From positions 100,502,001-100,566,000 of the forward strand of contig OX597817.1 in the NCBI GenBank assembly GCA_951406725.2: a DNA stretch of 64,000 bases, written 5' to 3'. A model generated the notes under the pieces. That model was not told the origin of the DNA. It ran no database searches and saw only the letters and a list, made by a program, of their open reading frames with translations. The position numbers and the translations under genes were made by a program. The stretch is from Octopus vulgaris (Eukaryota). This document shows, one piece after another, positions 53,469 through 64,000 of the stretch; within the stretch, counting starts at the first letter, position 1; each line of letters begins with the position of its first letter.

Positions 53469-53499
53469 ATATATCACCACTCGTGTTCGACATCTCCTT

Positions 53500-53546
<47 letters not shown>

Positions 53547-53548
<2 letters not shown>

Positions 53549-53708
53549 CGCAGGAGCGGCTGTGTGGTAAGTAGCTTGCTAAACAACCACATGGTTCCGG
53601 GTTCAGTCCCACTGCGTGGCATCTTGGGCAAGTGTCTTCTGCTATAGCCCCGGGCCGACCAATGTCTTGTGAGTGGATTTGGTAGACGGAAACTGAAAGA
53701 AGCCTGTC

Positions 53709-53755
<47 letters not shown>

Positions 53756-53976
53756 TGTGTTTGTGTGTCTGTGTTTGTCTCCCTAGCATTGCTTGACAAC
53801 CGATGCTGGTGTGTTTACGTCCCCGTCACTTAGCGGTTCGGCAAAAGAGACTGATAGAATAAGTACTGGGCTTACAAAGATTAAGTCCTGGGGTCGATTT
53901 GCTCGACTAAAGGCGGTGCTCCAGCATGGCCGCAGTCAAATGACTGAAACAAGTAAAAGAGTAAAAGAGTAAAGAG

Positions 53977-53977
<1 letters not shown>
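53547..53977 (+). mobile_element. SINE family A, full-length young copy
   Basis: Head GGCGCAGGAGCGGCTGTGTGGTAAGTAGC, internal (TA)n, and 3' tail. Confidence 0.93.
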
Positions 53978-54019
<42 letters not shown>

Positions 54020-54055
54020 ATATATATATATATATACATATATATATACACATAT

Positions 54056-57000
54056 CAGGGGCGTGCACTCTCAGGTATGCGTTGCATGCCCTGTGATTTT
54101 TTTATCCATATGATCGGAAGATTAGATAAAATAGTTACTTTGTTTCAAAATCCGTCCAGTTGTTTTTTGGGAAATATTTCGTCTCCCCTTCTCCTCTCAC
54201 AGTGACTCGTACTTCTGCTTTGAGAAGTCATGCTTTGAGAAGACCCGCATGACAGACACTCCCTCTCTGTCTCAGTTTGTCCTTCCTTCCTTCCTTCCTT
54301 CCTCCCCCCCCTCTCTCTCTCTTAGTGACTTGTTTAAAAGACATGCTAAGAGGATAGGGCATTTGGAATATTTTTACCCCCTTCCTCTCTCTCTTTGTGG
54401 TTCGTCATGCTTTGAGAAGGCCCGCATGACCTCCCTCTCTGTCTCTTTGTTAGTTTGTCCCTCCTTCCTCTCTCTCTCTTAGTGACTTGATAAAACAGAT
54501 GCTAGGAGGAAAGGTCGTTCATAATATTTTGTACCCCCTTCCTTTCTTTCTCAGTGGCATGTCATGCTTTGAGATGACCGCATGATACCCACTCTCTGTC
54601 TCTTTGCTAGTGTAGAATTGTTACTAACCTTGTTCCATTTCTGACCGGAACAAGAGCAGTCCCATAATTCTTAAGTTAGCCAGCTGAAATGTTGGAATAA
54701 CTTAGCGGTAAGTTTGAATTTTTTTAACCAAAACATCTGTTTGCACTATTATATTTTTGGAGTGTTCTGAAAACAAAAATATAATCTATATTATAGTTCT
54801 TATTTCAGAAGTAGTTAATTAATCTTAAATTAATTCCGTTTTGTTGAAATTGACTAACAATTTACGCCGGCGCTTCCACGTGTGTTCGTATATAAGAACA
54901 GCCTTTTACGAAATGAGTGAAATGTGTGTTATAAACGATATTTTGAGAAATAGTTTTTCGAAAAGAGACTTCGATGGAAAACAATTAATTATAAATGGTG
55001 GGAGACCAACACCGAAATTACCTAATCTGCGAAGCTACAACAAGAAATTCACGAGACAATTCCAGGTTAATTTGTATGAAAAGAAAAAATGGTTAACTGG
55101 GAGTGCTATCCTTATTAAATCTGTTGGCCTTGTTTACTTTTTTGCTTAGAAAAGAATGTTTGGAATGATAAAGGCTATGATGATTTAAATAATTTACATA
55201 TGGCTATGTTAAAGCACAAGCGTTCTCAAAGGCATATAAAATATTTGATAGATCTTAAAATATTCGAGAATGTTCGCATAGACTTACAATTAGATGCATG
55301 TAAAAATCAAAGCATACAACATCATAATGAGAAAGTCAGACAAAACAGATCCATTCTGCAACGATTGATCGATGTTGTTATTTTTTTAGGCTTCCAGGAA
55401 TTATCGTTTTGGGGTCATTTTGAATCTGAAGGCTCTAATAATAGTGGAAATTATAAAGAACTCTTATATGTAATCAGTAAATATGACAAAAAATAGAAAG
55501 TCATCTAGATACAGCTTCTATCTTCACCGGTCTGTCAAACAGAATTCAAAATGACTTGATCGATGCAATTCATAAAGTTATGTTGAATGAGATGCAAAAG
55601 GAAATCGAGCAAGCTAAGTTTGTTTCTATTTTTGTTGATGAGACATCTGATGTCTCAGCATATTCACAACTGTCAACAGTTTTACGTTATGTTACAGAAG
55701 ACTGTGTGACGAAAGAACGATTTATCGGTTTTAGTGATGTTAGTGCAGATCGATCTGTAAATGCTTTATCTGAACATGTTTTTAAATGCATTGAATTGTG
55801 GAAATGTGAAAACAAATTGATTGCACAAACCTATAACGGTGCCACTACAATGGTAGAACAGTTAAATGGGTTACAGGCAAAAGTAAGAAAGAAATACGAA
55901 TGTGCGATTTTCATTCATTGTTGTGCCCATATCCTAAATTTAGTTCTTTCACAATCATGCTCTGCTATGAAAGAATGCAAGATATTTTTTTGTACAATAA
56001 ACGGACTGAGTACATTTTTTACGAAATCACCGAAAAGGGCTAATGTATTAGATAACATTGTTAAAAAAAAGATTTCCGAAGGCAACAGCAATGGAATTAC
56101 TCCTCACGGCTTATTATTACCACAAAGGAAAATTATAATTTCATAATCAGCCTTTTTGAGCACATCATTGAAAATCCTGAAGCATGGGATGATACCACCA
56201 TAAATTCAGCAATTGGATTCTTACACACTTTAAAAGCTCCAGATTTCTTATTTTTGTTAGAAGTATTCAGTGAGATTTTTTCTTTTACTGGCGTCTATTT
56301 AACATCCCCCAGAATAAAAGTCATGACATAGTGTATTGTAAAGAGCAAATAGATAAAACTAGAACTGTACTCGAAAATAAACTTGATAATTTTTCAATCT
56401 TTTATATGTTAGAGGAAAAATATGGAGTCGATGCAGGAATCGGAATTCAGAGATTCAAGAATATATCTATTGAGCCCCAACGACATTATAAAATGCTTTA
56501 TAACAAAATTATCAGTGCAATAGTTGACCAAATAAAAGCACGATATTCATCCTTAGAAGAGTTTAAATTCATGGAGCTTTCGAATTTCAACAAATTTGAT
56601 GAGTATTGCAAACAATTTAAAATTCATGGGTACTATTTAAGAAGAGTGGTCCCGGTGCGCGCACCCGAGCATCCACGCCATCTAGTCGTGACTAGTCGAT
56701 CCTTACTTTGTGTTTTTGTGTTTTATTTACTTTGTTTAAAACATTATTTACTTTGTGTTTTTGTGTTTTATATATTTTGTTTAAAAAATTTATTTACTTT
56801 GCTAGATAGTCGTAGGATCGACTAGTCACGACTAGCCAGCGCGGATGCGCGAGCGCGCGCAAGGGGACCACCCTTCTTAAATAGTTCCAGGGTGACGTTT
56901 TTTTTATTCTAGGTCATACGGGGGTGATTGCATATTCAGAATCTCCCATATGTAAATCGTAGGAATTCGAACATTTTTTTACTGAAAAATTGCCGTGGTG

Positions 57001-57057
57001 GGGGGAGGCAAAGAAATTCATTGCATGCCCAACCCCGGAAGTCACCGCACGCCACTG
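54056..57057 (+). mobile_element. hAT transposon (DUF4371/ZMYM1-like transposase pseudogene at about 54913-56627)
   Basis: TIRs CAGGGGCGTGC / GCACGCCACTG. Motifs QELSFWGHFESEGSNNSGNYKELL, IFVDETSDVS..QLSTVLRYV, FIHCCAHILNL. Three subterminal GTCATGCTTTGAGA..CCCGCATGA repeats. Confidence 0.9.
56629..56888. mobile_element. MITE with about 75-bp imperfect TIRs nested in the hAT
   Basis: ggtactatttaagaagagtggtccc..ctagtcgtgactagtcgatcct is mirrored by aggatcgactagtcacgactag..gggaccacccttcttaaatagttcc. Confidence 0.8.
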
Positions 57058-57303
<246 letters not shown>

Positions 57304-57484
57304 TTTATAATTAGGGTTCAGCAAAGATTTGCTTTACCACATACCGAAGTTTAGAAATAGCAGCCAACAGACCTTAGCTATTTCTTCTACTTTAAAAAGG
57401 GACTCCCAGAAAAACCAAAATACTTGAAAACAATCTACGCAGGCAGAGAGGAAAAATAATGAAAATCAATCCATATCTGGTCAG

Positions 57485-57567
57485 CCACATACGCGCGTTT
57501 CGGAATTAGATCGGTATAAAGAATATAGAATTATACTTTACCCAACCATTTTCGTTCATCAGCATGG
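57485..57567 (-). ncRNA. Minimal hammerhead ribozyme motif
   Basis: ccatg-CTGATGA-acgaa...ttcc-GAAA-CGCGCG-TA-tgtgg. Confidence 0.75.
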
Positions 57568-57769
57568 AACTCCAACAATATTAAATATTAAATTCGAAGG
57601 CACCGGAAGAATTGAATATATCTCTCCACCTAACGGTATCAGACAGATCATATTCAGTGTTAGTACCGCCGAATTCAAAATTTCTCCCTGATAACAAACT
57701 ACAGTTTTTTCTTGTAGTATATTACTTGACGACACGTGCTGATGGGCAGGGGAAGGTGATGAACCTCAT

Positions 57770-58650
57770 TCGTATTTTGTGCCCCCCCCCACTCCACATT
57801 CGAAACATACTGGCGACCCACTCACCACCATGACTCTCAATCTGGTTCCATCTGGTAGGATGACCTCCTCTACAATCTTGTGGAGGTCAAGCAGGCTGAT
57901 ATGCACCATCACCTCCAGGCCACATCCCCACCAGCCAACCTCCGCGGTCCTCGACATTTTCAGGATCTATACCTCCTACTCTGTATTATAGAGGACGGCT
58001 GCCACAAACCAGTCCTCGTCAATTTCGGGTGGCACTCTCCCCATCCTCACTCCGGATGCACGTCCGCCACAGCAAATAGGTAACAGTGCCCACTGTGCCG
58101 ATTTCAATACTACGGTGGATCACTTCTTTGCTTCGCTCTCACTGACAAAGTGCACCTTCAACGTACCGAACTTTCGTCTTCTGGTACAGAACGTAGTTAT
58201 TCCTTTCACCTCCTTTAAGCACTCTTCCATCGCTTCCACGGCCGCCATCACCACCTTCCCTGTCGCTACATTCATCGTTCCATAGGTAATGATTTTCCCT
58301 CCTGCATTCTCCGTCACCTTCTTCGGAGGTGTCAGCCCCAGGCATCCTCCTTCCTTCTTCAACAAGGCATTAAACTTCTTGTATTCTATGTCCTTTGCTT
58401 CCAGTTCACGTATCTGCAGTAGCTCAGCTGTCAGGCTTTTGCCCGTCACCGCAGCATAACTTCCTGTTTGAACCGGCGTATTCATAATTCCATTATCCAC
58501 CGCTTCACCCATAAATGGGGAAGCCAAATAAAATTTTCAACAGATTAAAAAAATCACAAATTCAAACACAATATTCAACAATTCTGTAATTCAAATTAAC
58601 AAAACAGCAACTCACATGTGAGCGAAATCAAGACACAACAGCCAGTCTAC
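57770..58650 (-). mobile_element. L1/Tx1-like ORF1 (gag-like) fragment with 5' UTR
   Basis: SYAAVTGK..RKFGTL..EEVILPDGTRLRVMV..PVCFECG; paralogous to 60118-61300. Confidence 0.65.
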
Positions 58651-58689
58651 ACGCACTCTCTTCTTTTTCTTTAGGCATAAAGCCTTATA

Positions 58690-59969
58690 TACGAGGGGCG
58701 TTCAATAAGTAATGCCCCTGACTCACTTCCCATAGCAGTAGAGCAAAGAAACTTGGCACAGTTATTACACATTTTCTACATAGAAAACACCCAGAGTTAC
58801 GCATTTCTCCCATCGTTTGATGCAGCTCTGGAGACCGTTTTTGTAGAAGACCCCAGCTTGGTCCTTCAGCCACGACGTGACTTCAGAAATCAAGGCTGCA
58901 TCATCTAGGAAACGCTTTCCTTTTAAAAACAACTTCATGGCTGGGAAGAGGTGAAAATCAGAGGGTGCAAGGTCAGGAGAGTAGGGGGGATGGGGGAGGA
59001 GTTCATAGCCGCACGCCTGTGCTTCTGATCTGGCGACAAGCGAGTTGTTGACCGGAGCGTTGTCCTGCAGGAGGAGGATCTTGCCCCGCCTCTTGATTTT
59101 GATAGCTTCTCTTAATTTCCTCAAACGTGAAGCATAATAGGCTCCTGTAATTGTGGTACCCTTTGCCAGGAAATCTGTCATCACTACTCCGTCCTGGTCT
59201 CAGAAGACTGTGAGCATGACCTTACCAGCGGAGGGCTGCACCCTTGCCTTCTTTGGAGGAGGTGAGTCACGGTGCTTCCACTGCATTGACTGGGCTTTGG
59301 TCTATGGATCATAGTGATGGACCCAGGTTTCATCCTGTGTAATCAGTCTTTTAAAAAGTTTTGACTCATCTTCTTGGCACATCTCCAAATTCATCCTCGA
59401 GCACTCGACACGTTCTTGCTTCTGGAAAGGTGTGAGCAACCTGGGAATCTATCTGGCAGGCACCTTTTGCATATGCAAATGGTCATGAATGATAGTTTCC
59501 ACAGACCCGGTACTAATCTTGACCTCATGGGCTATTTGGTGAATAGTTATGCATCGATCTTCCAAAATGGCAGCCTCCACTTGACAGACAGATGTCTCAT
59601 CAATGGCAGAAGGAGGCGACCAGATCTGGGAGCTGTTTCCACAGAGTTCCGACCATGTTTGAATTCACAATGCCAGCGTTTTACAAGGTCATATGATGGG
59701 GCATCATCACCATAAGTTACTTTCATTTCATCAAACGTCTCCCGTGGTGTGCGTCCTTTCAAATACAAAAACCGGATCACTGCTCGACACTGAACAGGCT
59801 CCATTTCACACTTGACTCAGTTCAAACACCTGTAAATCAGAAACCACAATTAGTTCAGAGCTGTAATTTCCCACTTAATCTATAGAGATATGAATAATTG
59901 CACATGCAAAATTTCAGCTAGATCAACTGCAAGTGGGTCAGGGGCATTACTTATTGAACGTCCCTCGTA
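58690..59969 (-). mobile_element. Full-length defective mariner with both TIRs and TA ends
   Basis: TACGAGGGGCGTTCAATAAGTAATGCCCC...GGGGCATTACTTATTGAACGTCCCTCGTA. Motifs LLQDNAPVN and HPPYSPDLAPSDFHLF. Confidence 0.95.
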
Positions 59970-60117
59970 TATATAAGGGACATCACAAGTACAGACAACA
60001 CAAACGTGGAGTACATACAACGATTAACGAATGAATTATGAGGTGTGAAAAATTATGGTAATGAAATGGCTTTCTACCCCCCCCCCAAAAAAAGTAGAAA
60101 GTTCCATTTTACTGTTT

Positions 60118-61300
60118 TTACAATCCAGTTTGTATCGATTTTATATTAAAAAAGGCTATTAGATCTTCAAAATTTATCACTGGTGGTAATTCATCATATT
60201 GAAACCGCAGTAATGTGTTATCCATCCCACTTCCAAATATCTCTTTCAGTCTTGCTGCTTTCTCGTCATCTAGCAACACTGCTTTCATATTTCGATTCTC
60301 TCCCTTGTCTGCCAGTTTTAGTCTTATTACGCCTTTCATTTTTGCAATTCGTTTTTCTATGTCTACACTCTTCTCGTACACCATTCTTTCGTGTTTCCCT
60401 TTACGTAGCCTTCTCTCTTCACTCTCTGCCCTTATTGCCGGTGTTTCTATCTCTATTTGTTGCTCATCTACAAGTTTCTCCCGTCCCTCCTCCTCCTTAC
60501 TTGTTGAAGACTCTGCCCTTGTGTTCGATCCCCCGTTGCTTCATTTTTTCTTTTTTCCTTTTTCTCCGCCTTTCTTTTCTTTTTCGGTGGTGATTCACTA
60601 CTTCCTCTATTCTTCTCTACCTCAGTGATCTCTACTTCCTCCTCTGCTATTACATTTACTTCTTTCTGACACTCCTTCTCCACCACCTCCTGTTCGTGTT
60701 TCTGGGGACACTTTGCCTTCATGTGCCCCCTTACTCCACATTCGAAGCATATTGGCGGTCTACCCTCCACCATGATTCTCAGTCTGGTTTCATCGGGTAG
60801 TATTATTTCTTCCACAATTTGTGGAGGTCAGGAAGAGGATAGCTGCAACAAGCCAGTACTCATCAATTTCAGGTGGCACCTCCCTATCCTCACTCTGGTC
60901 GCACGTCTGTCACAGTAATCAGGTAAGAGTGCCAACTGTGCCGATTTCAAGGCTATGGTGGAGTATTTCTTTGCTTCGTTCTCATTAACGAAGCGTACCG
61001 CCACCGTGCCGAACTCTCGTCTTCTGGTATAGAATGTAGTTACTTCTTTTACTTCCTTTAAGCATTCCTGTATCGCTTCCACGGTCGCTATTTCCACCTT
61101 CCTTGTCGCTATATTCATCGTTCTAAAGGTAATGATGTTTCTTTCTTTATTCTCTGTCACTTCCTTGGTGGGTGTCAGCCTTAGCCACCCTCCTTCCTTC
61201 GTCAACAAGGTATTACATTTCTTGTAGTCTATGTCCTTTGCTTCCAGTTCACGTATCTGCAGTAGCTCAGCTGTCAGGTTTTTGCCCGTCACCGCTTCCT
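60118..61300 (-). mobile_element. L1/Tx1-like ORF1 pseudogene with CCHC zinc knuckle
   Basis: GRPPICFECGVRGHMKAKCP (CX2CX4HX4C) followed by a charged low-complexity tail; frameshifted. Confidence 0.7.
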
Positions 61301-62199
61301 GGGGGCCTAAATAGCCACAACTGGCCAGTGATAGACAACGGTGGAGGGAGTTCAGGGATGGATTCCTCCTTTTGGAGCGAGGAAACCCTGGATATTGGAT
61401 ACTGGAATCTTATAATTAAAGGAAATTAACTCAATATATTATAGTGCTGAAGTTGATGCTTTTCCCCCATAAAATCTGTGTAAAGTCTTGGGAAAATTCT
61501 AACAGACTCATCTTGAAATTATAGTAAAACAAATTATAGTTGCAGGTTATATACTAATGAAACCTCTTATTTACAGCAAGAAAATGTAGTTACATAGATC
61601 TGTAGTTTGAGATAACATGTCACAGTCAGAAATTTTCTACTAGGTTTTGAGCATTTTATTTTCTACATTTAAGTAAAATATTAACTGGTAAACATATCCC
61701 GCTTATAGGCACCCAAATTATGCAAATCTGAAGGATATAAAATCGTACAAATTAATTCAAAAGTGTTTTGCTAAGGCACCATATTGTTTTAATGGATTTA
61801 CTGATACTTTTGTTTCAAACTTTACGTATGCCAAGTTTCAACAAACATGTTTTGATTTTATTCCTGGTTTTCCTTCGGTAACATTTCTTCCCAAAGCCCA
61901 TGAAAAGAAGAAAAAAAAAAAAAAAAGAACTACAACACGAAATGATCATGTTCAATAATAAAAAAGAATGAAAACATGAAGTGGATACTTTAAGTTTTTA
62001 ATGATATTTACTTTCGCTTTTTCAAGTGGTTATGTGTAATTTAGACATTTAAATAAGTGGAAAGGAAATATTGATGTAATCATTAAAGTAGAAGCTTAAA
62101 AGATAACAGTATTAGATCGACATCAAACACCGAAGAAAATCTTATTAGATATTAAATATAGACATAAGATAGTTTAATGATGAATGGTTTAATCCTTGC

Positions 62200-63560
62200 A
62201 TGTTAAAAAGGATATATTTAATAATCGGTAACCGGACTATCTTCTATTGTGTCGGTCGTTAAGAGTCAACAAAGTTATAGAATATAAAAGTTTGTCAACA
62301 TGGCGTTTTATTAATTAATCAGAGGAAAAGTCTAGTGTCTAGTATCTTCCCAAACTGATGAGATCAATGTGATTGGTTTCCGATTTGAGCTTTGTAGATC
62401 AATGTAAAAACAAGACGGATTATCAGAAGATTACTGTTCTGGAAAGGAAGGATTGAGAAAAGTGCTGAGTATACAACTAGGGAGCAGTATGGTGAGATAT
62501 AGCAGAGGTAATGAGAAGATGAAAAAGAGGTGTATCGCATGTGCTAGAGCAGAGGTGGTTTGCACAGCTTGAATCAAAGGAGTAGAGGTCATTATAATAA
62601 CAGTAGAAGAGACAAAGAGAAGAAAGAGGAATTGTGAGTAGTTGTTACTTGTTAGTGAACCAGTGGTTGTATCTGTATCAGTCAGCTGATATAATTTTTT
62701 GGATATAATTTAAAATACTTACTTGTAAAACAGTAGCAAATTTGAGGGCTTTGTGTGTCATTTATGGCCATGTAGTGAAGGAAACTAGCTTCTCTCACAC
62801 ACACATGATTATTGTTTTCGGTTCTCTTGTTATGTCCTGATGGGAAGTTGATTTCGAGATCACGACTTGATGAAACAGTTTGATTTGAGATATCTAAATT
62901 GCATTGAGATGACACTTGTATCAGAAGGTCAAGGTGGAGTCAAGGGTGTTATTTTTCTGTGTAGGATTGCGATTTGTTAGAAGTATTTATAGAGGAAAGA
63001 GTGTTAGAGAATAACCGAAATTCGAAAAACTTAAAGATTGTAGGTTAGGGATGAATCAGTTTGACATGAGACTCCTGGTGTTAGGCATATGAGACGGATA
63101 GAATCTACAGAGAAGTAAACTACATTATTCTTATGCCAGCCAATGAAAGACTTCACTGACGTCAAAGGCAACAACATTATTTTCGTTGTAGTTATCGACA
63201 GATGAGTGAAATCTCGAGAGATCTGTCCCTATAGAAACTGGATCGGTGATCTTCGAAAAAGAAGAAATTTATAAATTTGTAAAGAAAGTCGTTTTACGAC
63301 TGTTTCACTCACTTTTGAGATGCTGGGAGTAAGAGCGGAAGGATTGTAGTTAGGAGGGTTAAAGAAGTTGATTATATTTTTATTGTGAATAGAGCAGTGT
63401 CACACGTTTCCATTGATTGAGATTGAACAACACAGAGAATAATTGAATAATTTAATGAAGACAAGAGTCATCCCTAAACATACCGACTGAAAATGATAGT
63501 AAGGAAATCGCTTGTACTGGCTGTGTTTTCTGGTTGGTCCGATCGTGTAGTTTTTCGCAT
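62200..63560 (-). mobile_element. Very decayed LINE RT remnant
   Basis: Minus-strand VVAFDVSEVF near 63150 resembles the RT motif (L/F)D(I/V)SKAFD. Confidence 0.3.
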
Positions 63561-64000
63561 TTTTGGTTGCACTGTTCACAATTTGGCGAAATGGAACAAA
63601 GAGAGTTTATAGAAAGTGTCATTGTATATGTATAGCATGCGGTTTAAAGCAAATGCGGTTGTTTTATTAACAGGTGTACTGTTTAATGAGCTACCACACA
63701 AAAGGATTCAGTTATATTTCTTTGAGATTAATGTCTAAAAGGAACAAATAGATTAAACGATTCATAAATCGAATCATTGAGAATATCAGTCAAAACGCAA
63801 TAAACACTAACAGAGTACATCTATTGCTGATACTAACAATACAGCAGTTACTATATCTATCTATATACTAAACCAAAATATTTAATTTTTATCATTTTAA
63901 ATTCCCCAAAAATGTGCATCCTTCTACTTTATGTTACTGAATTTTCTCGATGTTTTGATTGCTTTTGTAAAATAATTGATGATGCAATGAAATTAAGAGT

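Overview
Eukaryotic, AT-rich, microsatellite-dense intergenic or intronic DNA. It is most likely from an octopus or related cephalopod, inferred from the tRNA-derived SINE families. I could not support any intact host gene. The window is almost entirely nested, decayed transposable elements: mariner and hAT DNA transposons, Helitrons (two RepHel pseudogenes plus non-autonomous copies), an L1/Tx1 LINE and ORF1-only relatives, R4-like RLE LINE fragments, several Penelope-like elements (PLEs), tRNA-SINEs and MITE or foldback repeats. The strongest signals are invisible in the ORF track. (1) About 12 minimal type-I hammerhead ribozyme (HHR) motifs with palindromic or near-palindromic stem III are present. 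(2) A young, (TA)n-flanked retrozyme-like locus at 51183-52098 has two tandem HHRs that would release a 352-nt, highly self-complementary RNA. (3) An L1/Tx1 element appears to have inserted twice at the same position in a SINE head. All calls were made by eye, and coordinates of decayed elements are approximate.
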